NCBI GenBank assembly: GCA_043732185.1
Contig: JAYTHY010000104.1
Coordinates: 1 to 63,896 of the forward strand
Direction of reading: 5' to 3'
Origin: Fibrobacteria bacterium
Lineage (GTDB): Bacteria; Fibrobacterota; Fibrobacteria; UBA11236
DNA length: 63,896 nt
Positions 8,594-19,800 of this stretch are shown in pieces; within the stretch, counting starts at the first letter, position 1; each line of letters starts with the position of its first letter. The position numbers and the translations under genes were made by a program. Under the pieces are notes generated by a model, which made no database searches, was not told the DNA's origin, and saw nothing but the letters and a program-made list of their open reading frames with translations.

Positions 8594-10414
8594 TTACGAT
8601 TTGCCGGCAGGTGTACCCACCTTTAGTTCTCCGTCAATGCCATTCAGATAAATGTGAAGCCTATCCGCCGAGTAGTTTAAAAATTTGAAATAGACCTTTC
8701 CCCCTACCATATCCGTTGGTTTAATGGAAACGTGCTTAATATCAGCAAAGATCTGAAACCGAATGATGGCTCCATGCGGGTCAAATAAGACGAACATGTT
8801 GGCGGGTAAATTGTCCGAACTTTGGCCATGCGTGGAGCCACCGCCTGAACGTTTGCGGTGCGCATCTACGACTAAATCTACGTAGCTGAATTCCCGGTCC
8901 TGGACTGCTTTTTGGCCGCTCCTTTCGGGTACCCATGTTATGGCCTTGCCAAGCTCCCAGCGGTTTGGCAATTGATAGGATAGAAAGGTATAGGAGGTGC
9001 TGAAGGAGGACAGGGCCACTTCCGAAACGAAATTTTCCAGATCACCCTGGTTGGTTCGTCCGGTAGGAGAGGTATAGGTATAGGCGCTTTGGTTGGATCG
9101 TTCCTCTAAGCTCATCTTCGAGAAATCCACTTGCTTGTCTTCTATTTTGAACTTCTGTACATAGGCCAGGGTATCGGAAAATTTTTCCCTGGCCACTGGG
9201 AGCTTCTTTGAAGCCGTTCCCGCATAGGTGGTTTTCAGTACTCCGACTTTGCTGGTTAACGCTTTCTTAGAATCATCATCCAATTCAATGGATGTTTCAG
9301 TTTTGAATGTGAACGTGCGCAATGCGTTTAACGTTTCTTTGAATTTAGCGGTTTGTTCTTGCTCAAGCAGCTGCTGTTTCAGTTGGAGGGCTTCCATTTG
9401 TTCTCGTTCCTTGCGCTCCCGATCCGCTTTTGCCAAGGCTTGATGCTCTTCCTTTTTAACCTGGTCTCGGGCCATGGACAGGCGCTCACGTAGGCTGTCT
9501 GCCATTGCTTTCCACTTCACAATTCGATCGCGGATGGGTGTTAAAGTGGCAACGTTGCGCTCTTTCAGAACGGCTTCGATTTTTTCTTCCACTTCCAGAG
9601 TCAGATCAACCTGACGTTGACTGCAATATTCCAAGAGGTCGCTGAAAAGCATTTCGGTATTGAGCACCTCCCCAAGGTTTTCCAGGTCCTTTATTACCCA
9701 GCTTTTATTCTCCTCAAATTTCTGATTTAGAAGCAGGAGTTGTGACTGGGTCTGTGTGGCGCTGGTTGAGAATTCCTTAATCCAGTACTCCAATTGCAAG
9801 GAATAGTCGCTGTATAATTTTTCAATCTTGGCCAAATTGAAGTTGCGCAAATGTTCTTCAACACGACGGCTGAGAAAATCCTGCGCAAAAGCGAATAGCA
9901 GTCCGTCCTGAAAGGTGTGGTAATCGCGATCCAGAGCTGCTGCATTAGCTAGAAATACGCTTTTGGGCTTGAGGCTTCCTGCTTCATACTGCAACAACAT
10001 GCGCTGAAAAGTTGTTTTGGATGCACTATCCCAGGGGTTTCCCGCTTGGAGAAATCTTCCCTCGATGTTGGATATCAGGGACGAGGCGTACAATTGTCGA
10101 ACCAAAATATTTACATCGGCCCGGTGTTTGACAATTTGGTCCACTTCCTTGCCTAGAATTTCGAGAGCGGAAAAAACATGGGGATCAAATTTCAAGGCCG
10201 CTGTGTCCGCTTTGGAACGGGTCCTATCCAATACCGCACGGCAATCGAAAAGTTGTTTTTCCCATAAGGCAAAAGGATACTTTTCATTGATTCCTTTTAG
10301 ATAATCCTTCAGATAGATTTTGGCCTGAGACCTACTATCTGTGGCGCCTGCGACGGAAATGTTTAGCAAAAAAAATATCCCAAACAAAAAACGACTAAAG
10401 CCAAGGAAACCCAT
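8594..10414 (-). CDS. Hypothetical secreted protein with long helical/coiled-coil region
   Basis: 606 aa; signal peptide; E/K/Q-rich coiled coil (KEEHQALAKADRERKEREQMEALQLKQQLLEQEQ); beta-rich C-terminus. Confidence 0.8.
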   Translation of the reverse strand: MGFLGFSRFLFGIFFLLNISVAGATDSRSQAKIYLKDYLKGINEKYPFALWEKQLFDCRAVLDRTRSKADTAALKFDPHVFSALEILGKEVDQIVKHRADVNILVRQLYASSLISNIEGRFLQAGNPWDSASKTTFQRMLLQYEAGSLKPKSVFLANAAALDRDYHTFQDGLLFAFAQDFLSRRVEEHLRNFNLAKIEKLYSDYSLQLEYWIKEFSTSATQTQSQLLLLNQKFEENKSWVIKDLENLGEVLNTEMLFSDLLEYCSQRQVDLTLEVEEKIEAVLKERNVATLTPIRDRIVKWKAMADSLRERLSMARDQVKKEEHQALAKADRERKEREQMEALQLKQQLLEQEQTAKFKETLNALRTFTFKTETSIELDDDSKKALTSKVGVLKTTYAGTASKKLPVAREKFSDTLAYVQKFKIEDKQVDFSKMSLEERSNQSAYTYTSPTGRTNQGDLENFVSEVALSSFSTSYTFLSYQLPNRWELGKAITWVPERSGQKAVQDREFSYVDLVVDAHRKRSGGGSTHGQSSDNLPANMFVLFDPHGAIIRFQIFADIKHVSIKPTDMVGGKVYFKFLNYSADRLHIYLNGIDGELKVGTPAGKS

Positions 10415-10550
10415 ATTCCGGAAAACCTTTACAAACGCGGTTTAAATCGGTTTTACAACCTGGATAAAATTATACCCTATCCGAATTAGGCGCAGGTAAA
10501 AGGTTGGGAGATAACTGGATTTATTTTGGGGGCGAATTGCCCCGGATGGC

Positions 10551-13500
10551 TTAGTGGTTCAGGAAAATTTTTCTTGACAGCCGGCCATTTAGGTCTTTCC
10601 CATGGATTTCCACAGTTAAGAAATAAATGCCCGGAATCAGGGTTTTTACCCGACTTTGAAAGTCCGTTCCATAGGCAAAATGATACGTGCCTTCGGATAG
10701 TGGACCCATTACCAACGAGCCTTTGCGAGTGCCGTCCAGCCCCCATACCGTCGCCGAAATTTTGCTTCTGGCAGGAAGGGACAATTGAAGCATAAAGCCT
10801 CCCGGCTGCGCGGAGACCGCCATATCCAAAGCGGGGGCGCTAGTGGGTACGTTCTGCAAACTCTGCATACGAGCAAGCAAGGCTCTGGGACCGGAATAAA
10901 TGAACAAAGTATCATGGAGCAAGCCCGAAGAAGGAATCGATTGGCCTGCCGTCAAATTAAATTTCATGGAACGTGATTTGGAAACCGCCCAGGTTTCAAA
11001 ACCATCAGGCAGCGTTTGGTCTAGAACCTTTAACGGGGGAAGCGAATCCTCATTTCCGCCCATGGCCACTTTCCATTCCATGACCGCATCCGACTGCAGC
11101 CGTATCCAATCGGATGCCAGACCTTTTCCTTTTCGCATCGAAAGCAGGTAGGACATGGACATTCCACGGGGCAGCTCCAGCTCGTCTTCAAAACCTAAAT
11201 CATCAGAGGTGGAGTGTGCCGCGCCCAGCCTTAAGGTCCGCGCTGTACCCCATCCCAAAGACAATTGCATATCCCCAGAAGCGGGACTGCTCTTGCTCAG
11301 GGCATCTACTTTGAAAGGTTCGTTTGACAATTCTACAACGCTTTCATCCAGGTAGCAGTAAACAAAATAGCCGCGCCAGGGTTCCAGAACTTCGCTTTCG
11401 TGATATTTTGCGGTACTGGCATCATAGCCCCAAAGTCCTTTGATGGGAGATGCCAAATATTGATCCAGTACTGTTCTGGTTACGGGCCAATAAAGGTTTT
11501 CCAGATAGGGACTGGCGACCTGGTTCCAACCGTGAACCAGCTTAATCGAAAACTTGTCTGGCCCGTGTGCGGATGTTTTTGCGGTTGTAAGGTTTAATGA
11601 ATTAAACAACTTATGTGAGGCGATCCAATAGGATTGGCCCGGCTTTAATACTTCGGATGGGTCGATGGGCAGATATTGGGAACTAGAATTGCTCCAGCGC
11701 ACGCCTTCTAGATCCGCATCGGACTGGGTTTTTTTAAGATCGTCGAGGGTTAATTGTGGATCCAAAGCCAGCGGAATGCTGATCAAGTCGAAGGGATGTT
11801 TCTGATTTGTCCCTACTTTCCAAATCGGTGGCCCCTTTAACGCACCAATGCTTTGCGAAAGGGAAAGAGTGGAACGGCCATCCTTTGGGAAGTAGCTCGA
11901 CAATTGGTAGTCGCTCACAATTAATTGCAGGGTGAGCGGTTTTAACGTTCCAACTGGCAGCTTGAGGCTGAATCCCAATCTGGCCGGGCTCAGTATGGAC
12001 TGCTCGTTTACATTAAAACCTGGATTATCATTGCGCTTTAGATCATAGGTCAAATTGGCGACATTGTCCGATACCTGAAAGGACACTGATGTGGAATCGC
12101 CAACCACAATTTTTTCACTGAGATAAGTAATCACCGGTGGACTCACGTCAATTCCCATGAAATAATTTCCGGCCTGGTTCAAGGTAACAGAATCGGCTCC
12201 GGAAATAAAATAAATGAGTCCGGAAGGTTCGACCTTGTAGAGGGCGCGCTTTTCCGATGTCGAGCGGGTTAATACCACTTTTGGAAAGGGCGGCACGGGA
12301 AAGACGCCTTTGGCATTGCTAAGCGTAAGCGAAATGCTGTACTGTACCCCGTCGAAGCCTTTTACATGCAGGGAATCCGCGCTGGCAAGTCGGATTTGAA
12401 CATTGCCTTCCTGACCACCTGGATTGGTGAGAACGTATCCACCTTCTAGGAAGTAGTTGTCTCCAGGTTGGAGCAGGGTGTCCTTGATGCCGAATATGGA
12501 ATAATCCTCTTTCTTAATGGGGCTCGCCATATTACCCGCGACTGCAATCGCCTTGAGTATCGTTGAGCGATTGATCAGTAAGCTGTCACCGGATTTGTAA
12601 GCAATTCGGTTGACGGGATCAGGATCTTGCCCATTCAGCGTGTAGAAAATGGACGAACGTTTGGATGTGGTCGACATACTCACCTTCTGAGCTGCGGAAT
12701 AAGCTCCGCCACTGGGGGTGATGGTTGGAGCTTCCGGAACCAAGCTATAGGTTGCAAACAGGATTTTACTTGTTTCAAAATTGGGCATTGAGGCAATAGC
12801 TTGTACCGTAGTGGTGGTATCTATCCAAAAGGCGTTCAGAAATTTTTGGCTTCCAATAGTTGGCTGATCGCCATTGGTAGTGAAGTAAATAGTGGAACCG
12901 GGCGTGGCCGCCAAAGAAATTTTCAACGAGTCCTTGAAGGTGGTCGCGTTATCGACCGTGACAGGAGCCGGTGGCGCAAGTTGACCACCTTTTTTGGTAT
13001 AGCTGAATGTCGCCTCGCTGGAAATCCCATCCAAGGTGGCCAGGGTGGAAATAGTAGTGGTCGCAGTAATTTTTAATCCGCCTGACGGAAACACAGGTGA
13101 AGTAGCGGTGGCTTTTGTTCCGTCAGTGGTAAACCGTATCGTGGCTCCTGGTGGCGTGGAAGTTAAGCGCAGAGTGGTATCAGTTTCAAAGATTGTTCCC
13201 GAGGTCGGGTTTGCAGTCAAAGTTGGTGTGAGATTGAATTTCCACCCGACGATACGACTGTTGATAAACCCCGAACGAGTGGCCACGGCCTGCAAGAAGG
13301 CAGTTTTTGTCAATATTATACCAGTGATTGGATTATAGAGTTTCCTTGTTGCAGAGGTATCGGGAGTAGTGCTGTCGGTTGTGTAATAGATTGAGGCACT
13401 GTCCGTCGCTGATGCCAAGGTAACCTTACCCAGGGGCGGAAAATCCGAGCCCGGCGGCGGCGTTACCGAGGGTTCTAACACTTTGCTGAGCGGCTTCTCC

Positions 13501-16500
13501 AATGTATAGGTTTTAATCAACGTATCACTGCTAAGAAGGCCTGATTTCCTTGCGATTGCCATGATGGTGGTAGTTGCAGTAAGGTTAAGCGAACCAGAAA
13601 ATTTCTGCGCAGTGGCTCCGCTGGGGCTGCTACCATCTGTCGTATACCAGATTTCCGCCCCAGCAGTTGCTGTAGTCAGTGTACAACTCACTGCAATTTT
13701 GAATGTGGCGGCCAGCGGTACAATTGCAGGTTTCTCGACTTGACCTGGAAGGGTATAGGTATAGGTTGCCGTCATTTCGTCACTGTTTTGGTATCCGGAT
13801 TTTACTGCAATGGCCTTAACAGTTGTGGTTGAAGAAAAGCTGAGCGTATCCCCAGGGAGGAATTTTGCACTAAGGGTGGTTGGGGGTGTACCATCTTTGG
13901 TGTAGTACAGTGTTGTGCCTGCAATATCGTCGCTCAGGACCACTTTAATTGATGGGTAAAACGAATTTGCAGCCGGATTGGCTTTTGGTGGGGGCAGCTT
14001 GGGAAGTATAACGGTCAAGCGTGCTGTGTCGCTTACTGCAAATGTAGAGGGCTTGGTAAAATCCGTATACTTATTGCTGACGCGCACCCTATATAGGTTT
14101 GCATCCGATAAGGCGACCGCAGAAATGATAAAGGTTGAGTCACCGGGGGAGGGTGGTGCTGTCGCAAACGCCGTTCCCCTGAACCATTGGTATTTTAGAG
14201 TCGTGTCCCCGGTTGCTCGGGATTTAAGAATAAATGTTTTGCCTACAACCAATGTTTGAGCAACGGGCTGCAGCACGATAACGATAGGCAAGGGCAAGGG
14301 CTTGACAACCAATATGCACGTTTTGCTGGTAATGTCAGGTCCCGTGCCGTTTTTGACGATAACATGGTACTTGCCCGCTGAAGATGGGGATACCGCAGCA
14401 ATGTTATAAGCAGGGGAATTGGTACCGATCGCTCCAAACAAATTAGTCGTTCCCGCATATTCCCACTGGTAGGACACGGCAGGAAATCCTGTGGCGTTGA
14501 CGGTAAAAGCAGCTGGATCCTTGTCGAATACTACAATAGAGTCCGGAAGATTCAAAGTCAGCTTGGGATCAGAATTGATTGCGATGGCAAGGGTTTTTGC
14601 ATCCGTACCATAGAGGTTACTGGCAATGAGTGAAACTGTATAGTTGCCTGTGGCCGTTGGTGTACCACTGATTGTCGATCCGGACAAAGTCAAGCCAGGC
14701 GGTAAGGTGCCTGTGGTTGAAAAGGTGATGGGGTCTGTCCCAGTGGCGGTAATGGAATAGGAGAAAACATTATCTTGCCTACCATCGGTGGATAATACGC
14801 TAGTGAGCGTTGGTTTGGTGAGGGCGCTTCCAATAACAATGGTCAAAGTTTTGGAATCAAAACCTGCGACATTGGTGGCGGAAATGGTAATAGGAAAACT
14901 ACCCATGGCCGGGGGCGTACCGGCGAGAATGGCCGTTGCGCTTGTCCAGTGCAGCCAGCTGGGCATGCCGGTAGCATTTAAAGTTGGGACTGGATATCCA
15001 GTAGCGGTCAGTGTATAAGTAAATGCTTGCAGCGCAGCTCCGGAAGCTGTGATTCCACTGGTGATAGTTGGCTTGCTTTGCAGGGTGATGACGACAAGAG
15101 CTGTTGCACTGGTGGGCGGTGTGCCTGCGTCGGTAGCTTTTAAGGTAAGGGTATATTTTCCCTCACCTCCGTTAATGGTTGCAGTGGGTCGGGCAATACT
15201 TGAATTGTTCAACGTGACTCCTGTTGGCACCGTCCAAGTATAGGTTAAGCCTGTCCCCTCTGGATCCGTAGCTGTGCCATTCAGAATCAGGCTAGTATTC
15301 GGTAAAACTATTGTGGTGTCATTACCGGCATTCACAACCGGAGGTTGGTTGGCCGATACTGTAATGGTGACTTCAGATGAAATGGAAGAGGCACCAAGAT
15401 TGTCATACGCTTTGGCAGTAAAATGATAGGTTCCCGCAGCTATTTTGGATTTGACTAGTTGGTAAGGCGGAGAAATGTCGGTGGCTTCCAAAACACTGCC
15501 GTTATAGAACTCCACCTTGCTAATCGTTCCATCTGAATCCGATGCTGAAACGCGAATGGTGTCCTTGGCTGGGGCGTAATAAAAACTTCCATCGGCTGGT
15601 TTGATGATGGACACCTGCGGTGGCTTGTTGGCTTGAACAACAATATTGACCTCCGGTGACGTTGAAATTGCCGGTGGAGAATTATTGTCATAAGCCTTCG
15701 CGGACAATACGTAAATTCCCGTGGGAACGGAGGTCCAGTCGAAGCTATAGGGAGCAACAGTTACAGTAGACAGCAAATTAGGGCCAGCGTAAAATTCCAC
15801 TTTGGAAATTCCACCCCCTACTGCGTCTTGATCGGAAGCGCTGGCAGTTAAAGAAATGGTAGCTAGATTGGAAAAGGATGCGTCGCTCTTGGGCGTCTTA
15901 ATATTGACGATGGGCGCCATATTCGGTAAGGTTAACGTTACAGGCACGTCCAGGGATAGGCCCGTGGCTCCATACTGGTCGTATGCGGCTGCATGAATAA
16001 GATACGGTCCGGTCCCAGTGCCCGTGGTCGGAGTCCAATTGAACAGATAAGAGGGTCCGATGGTTGATTGGCCCAGTAATTCCCAAGTCGTCCCACCGGC
16101 GGCCTGTCGATAGTATTTAACCCCAGCCACCGGACCATCCGCATCCAAAGCATTGAGTACGGAAAAACTATAGTCGACTCCTTGACGCAGTATTTGTTCG
16201 GTGGTTGGATTCAATAGGGTTACAGTTGGCGCCTTATCTTTAGTATAAGTGAATTCAGCTGGTTCACTGCATTGCTCGAGCTTTTTATAGCAGACGACGA
16301 CTCGCATCACGGTCGATGCGGTAATTTGAATGGGCTTTTCGGGATAGAGGATGGACTTGTTTGTATCAAATGGGTCTTGGTTGTCTAAATCGTACCAAAG
16401 CTGACCACTGTCGCCTTTGATTTTGTCTCGGTGAAGTGTTATTTCTACGGTATCCACAAATGGATTGACCTTGGAGGCTGAAGCGGTTGGTGGCGCAACG

Positions 16501-16718
16501 TCACCGGGGATACCTTGACCCCATGTTAAACTTATAGAACTAATTATTAAAAGCATTAATTTATTCACGGTGCGAACTTCATTCCTAAGCGCTGTTCCAG
16601 CATTTGATTTTGATACCAACTCTTTAGACTCTTTTTGAGCCCAGTTGGAAACCCTAGAACCCAACGAGGGGGTCGGTATTATGGCGTAAATATAGTTGAA
16701 GGTCAAGTATCTCCCCAT
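10551..16718 (-). CDS. Giant secreted multidomain surface protein (CHB_HEX_C/Fn3-associated repeats, Big_7-like, PKD-like, He_PIG-like and Ig domains, C-terminal sorting domain)
   Basis: 2055-aa ORF; true start probably near GTG 16568, before the signal peptide. Repeated P-x-x-x-P...IYYTTDGxxP units, three PxVxIxxP...ASDxDG...KVEFY units, PPVVNAGND, YTLTATG...LPPGLTL and YQW Ig units. Confidence 0.85.
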   Translation of the reverse strand: MGRYLTFNYIYAIIPTPSLGSRVSNWAQKESKELVSKSNAGTALRNEVRTVNKLMLLIISSISLTWGQGIPGDVAPPTASASKVNPFVDTVEITLHRDKIKGDSGQLWYDLDNQDPFDTNKSILYPEKPIQITASTVMRVVVCYKKLEQCSEPAEFTYTKDKAPTVTLLNPTTEQILRQGVDYSFSVLNALDADGPVAGVKYYRQAAGGTTWELLGQSTIGPSYLFNWTPTTGTGTGPYLIHAAAYDQYGATGLSLDVPVTLTLPNMAPIVNIKTPKSDASFSNLATISLTASASDQDAVGGGISKVEFYAGPNLLSTVTVAPYSFDWTSVPTGIYVLSAKAYDNNSPPAISTSPEVNIVVQANKPPQVSIIKPADGSFYYAPAKDTIRVSASDSDGTISKVEFYNGSVLEATDISPPYQLVKSKIAAGTYHFTAKAYDNLGASSISSEVTITVSANQPPVVNAGNDTTIVLPNTSLILNGTATDPEGTGLTYTWTVPTGVTLNNSSIARPTATINGGEGKYTLTLKATDAGTPPTSATALVVITLQSKPTITSGITASGAALQAFTYTLTATGYPVPTLNATGMPSWLHWTSATAILAGTPPAMGSFPITISATNVAGFDSKTLTIVIGSALTKPTLTSVLSTDGRQDNVFSYSITATGTDPITFSTTGTLPPGLTLSGSTISGTPTATGNYTVSLIASNLYGTDAKTLAIAINSDPKLTLNLPDSIVVFDKDPAAFTVNATGFPAVSYQWEYAGTTNLFGAIGTNSPAYNIAAVSPSSAGKYHVIVKNGTGPDITSKTCILVVKPLPLPIVIVLQPVAQTLVVGKTFILKSRATGDTTLKYQWFRGTAFATAPPSPGDSTFIISAVALSDANLYRVRVSNKYTDFTKPSTFAVSDTARLTVILPKLPPPKANPAANSFYPSIKVVLSDDIAGTTLYYTKDGTPPTTLSAKFLPGDTLSFSSTTTVKAIAVKSGYQNSDEMTATYTYTLPGQVEKPAIVPLAATFKIAVSCTLTTATAGAEIWYTTDGSSPSGATAQKFSGSLNLTATTTIMAIARKSGLLSSDTLIKTYTLEKPLSKVLEPSVTPPPGSDFPPLGKVTLASATDSASIYYTTDSTTPDTSATRKLYNPITGIILTKTAFLQAVATRSGFINSRIVGWKFNLTPTLTANPTSGTIFETDTTLRLTSTPPGATIRFTTDGTKATATSPVFPSGGLKITATTTISTLATLDGISSEATFSYTKKGGQLAPPAPVTVDNATTFKDSLKISLAATPGSTIYFTTNGDQPTIGSQKFLNAFWIDTTTTVQAIASMPNFETSKILFATYSLVPEAPTITPSGGAYSAAQKVSMSTTSKRSSIFYTLNGQDPDPVNRIAYKSGDSLLINRSTILKAIAVAGNMASPIKKEDYSIFGIKDTLLQPGDNYFLEGGYVLTNPGGQEGNVQIRLASADSLHVKGFDGVQYSISLTLSNAKGVFPVPPFPKVVLTRSTSEKRALYKVEPSGLIYFISGADSVTLNQAGNYFMGIDVSPPVITYLSEKIVVGDSTSVSFQVSDNVANLTYDLKRNDNPGFNVNEQSILSPARLGFSLKLPVGTLKPLTLQLIVSDYQLSSYFPKDGRSTLSLSQSIGALKGPPIWKVGTNQKHPFDLISIPLALDPQLTLDDLKKTQSDADLEGVRWSNSSSQYLPIDPSEVLKPGQSYWIASHKLFNSLNLTTAKTSAHGPDKFSIKLVHGWNQVASPYLENLYWPVTRTVLDQYLASPIKGLWGYDASTAKYHESEVLEPWRGYFVYCYLDESVVELSNEPFKVDALSKSSPASGDMQLSLGWGTARTLRLGAAHSTSDDLGFEDELELPRGMSMSYLLSMRKGKGLASDWIRLQSDAVMEWKVAMGGNEDSLPPLKVLDQTLPDGFETWAVSKSRSMKFNLTAGQSIPSSGLLHDTLFIYSGPRALLARMQSLQNVPTSAPALDMAVSAQPGGFMLQLSLPARSKISATVWGLDGTRKGSLVMGPLSEGTYHFAYGTDFQSRVKTLIPGIYFLTVEIHGKDLNGRLSRKIFLNH

Positions 16719-16873
16719 TTTTTAATGTTCGAAAGCGGACTTGTAGGTTCGTTTTGACCCTAATTCAGTGAAAACGGCGCAATGGCCAGGGCAATTTCAG
16801 GTGAAATAAGTTTTTTTAAGGGGAGGTGGGTACAAAAACGGAGTAAAACTAGAGTAAATACAAAATTTTGAGT

Positions 16874-19800
16874 TTAGCGCATGATTTTTTGACTAAAGGT
16901 ACGATTGACGAGCTTACCGTGGAGGCTCACTTGTAAAACACACAGGTGACCTCTTTTTAAGGCTGTAAGGGGCAGTTTGTAAAAACCCTCTCCATATTCA
17001 CGAGAGGCGATTTCTGCTTCTAGTTGTCCGGTTACCGACCATAAGCGAATGCTCACTTGACTTTTCCAGGGTAAGGCTAGATTCAAAAAAAGCTGCCCAT
17101 GGCTGCCAGTTTCCAGTTGGATTGAAAAATGTTCAACGCTTGAATGGGCTTCGGAAAATTCAGCGGACTCCGAGAGCTTATCCAAGGGTCCAGCGTAAAT
17201 CGAAAGGGTGTCGTTTTGCTGCCCTAAAATGGGCAACGTCCCATCTTGTTCTAGGCGATATTTGATACCGGTTGCACGTGAAATGACCCAAGCTTGATAA
17301 CCGTCCGGAAGTTGGGCGGAGGCAATGTGCATATTGACGACTTCTTGATTTATTTGACTTGGGTTTGAGGTATGCGCGACTACAACGGTCCAATGGAACA
17401 AAGCTTGCGGGATAAAATGCTGGATGTCTACAGATAACTGGTGCTCGTTGCGTAAGGACCAGACTGAAAAGGTGGGATGCCAAGCGGGCAATTGGGGCTC
17501 GTCCTCCGTCGAAAAGTCATCCTGGCCTTGCAGCGAAGCCCCTAAAACTAAAGGAATCGGTCGGCCAAAATCCAGACTGATTTCTACCCCTTGCCCAACT
17601 TGTGCGCCATTCAACGCTTTGGTTCCAGATGCCTTGGTCACCGGCATTTTTCCCGGAATCGTATATAAAGACAGGACGGAATCTTTGGTGCCGGAAAAAT
17701 AAACGAAATATCCTTTCCAAGGTTCCAAAGAATCTGTGGGGGCATAGGCCATTATAGTTGGAACAAATTCATTGAGACCTTTGATTAGAGAGGTTGAAAA
17801 GTTGGAACCTGTACGAGAGATTGGCCAATACAAATTTTCCAGAGCAGGATCCGAGATTTGGTTCCAGCCATGATGCAAAGTCAGTCGATAGGCTCCGGTG
17901 GAGTCGGATTCTCCTGCTTTGAAATTGGAAAACGACAGGGATGCGACTGGTTTTAGGCTGCCCAACCAAAAGGCCATTCCGGGACGAATTAGCGAATCGT
18001 CGGCCAGCTTTATATACCCTGTAGAATCTTTAAGAACCATGGCTAAAAGGTCGGAACCGACGTTATCGCTTTTTAGTTGGCCCCACGTGATCGGTGCCTT
18101 CGCGTTAATGGGTAGGCCCGCCATATCCCAAGGATATTCTTTATTTCCCAATGTGAATACTCCGGGTGACTCCAAATTGTTCCAACTCTGGGATAAGAAG
18201 TATTTGCCAAGCGGATCTTTTGGAAAGCGAGTGGTGTTGTAATAATCGGTGACTTGGGCTCGAAACCAGAGACTCTTTGGCTCGCTTCCAGGGTTTTTAA
18301 ATGAGGCGGTTATGACACCTTCACCATCTGGTTTTTGTAGCAGTTTATTTCCGGGCAGGCCCGGACTTGTAATTTCACACTCCTGATTAGCGACATTGTC
18401 CCTGACCCATAACCTAATGGACGTTGAGTCCCCGATGCGGGCGTTTTGAGACAATAAGCTGATAACTGGTGGAAGGGTATCTGTTCCAACAAAATACTCC
18501 CCACCTTCAACTATTTTCACCTGAGCATTTGCGGAAACAAATTCGACGATACCGTTGACGATGCGATAAAGCGATTGGGATTGCGCTGCGGGTTTTGTAA
18601 ACGAAACATTCATAACCTGACCGGCTGGAATAGATTGCAATTGAATGGCGAATCCCGCATTGGTAAAACCAACGAGGCCAAATCCATTGGTGGAATGCAC
18701 GGTGGCCAAAATCGGAACTGTGGAGCTATTGGTAAAAAAGATATTGGTTTTAAGCGTCGTGGACGCGCCGGGGGGCAAGGTATCGACTTGTAGTGAAGTG
18801 TATATGTCGTAGGTTTGCGAGAGGATAACACTTTTCAATTGGGTGGGCCCCGATCCCAATACTGTCATGGCCTGGACGGTGGTGGTGGTTTTAACCGTAA
18901 TCAATTCACCAGCCGTGTATAATTTAGCCGTGGTAAAGTCGAAGGGTTTATCGCCTAGCTGGTAATAAATCAATCCTTGATAGGTACCGGTTTTCAAAGT
19001 CAACTGTACTTGATTCAAGAATGGCCCCGAACCGGCGGTAGGTGTAGACGTGGGCATGGAGGGAAGCAGTGTATATTTCATCTCTCCCACATCACTAGGT
19101 TCAAACGTTCCCGCTGGAGAATAGGCTTGGACATGCAAAGTGGTGGTGGTGTTGATGGTAATAGGACCCGTATAGAGTAAGCTGTTTGCGGATGGAAGGG
19201 TATTGTCCAGGGTATACCGGATTTCCGCTTCGGAATTGTCTGAATTTAAGGTAATTAGCTGTGCGACTTCAAATTCATCGACCAAGGGATCAATGCTCGG
19301 CGGCGATAGTTTTACGATTACCGCGATTTTTACAAAAGTATTGTGGCTGATTAGACTTTTAACATTCCCTTTGATGGCAATGGCGCTGAGGATTGTATTG
19401 TTTTGGGTAATGCCAATTGCTTTTCCGGTATACAGGGTACTGCTAAGCGTTGGATCCGATCCATCTAATGTGTAATAAATTTTCGCGCCTGGGCAGGCTG
19501 ATCTAAGAGTTATACTTACCGAATCTTGAAACTGTTGCGTGCTGTTGTCTGCCAGTGGTTGAGTCAATCTTAAACTCCGAGGCGGAGTCAATCTTAAACT
19601 GTACACCTCTCTGAACGTTTCGCTTTGAGGTTGCGGAGGTTTAAAGGCCACGGCGGAAATAATTACACTATCGGAAATGTAAATCGGCCCGGTTGCCAAC
19701 GTGGACGTGATAACCGGCTGCGAACCATCCAAGGAATACCGGATGGACGCTCCAGCCGTTTGAGTTGTCAATGAAATGGTATCGTTATCATAAAAGAAAC

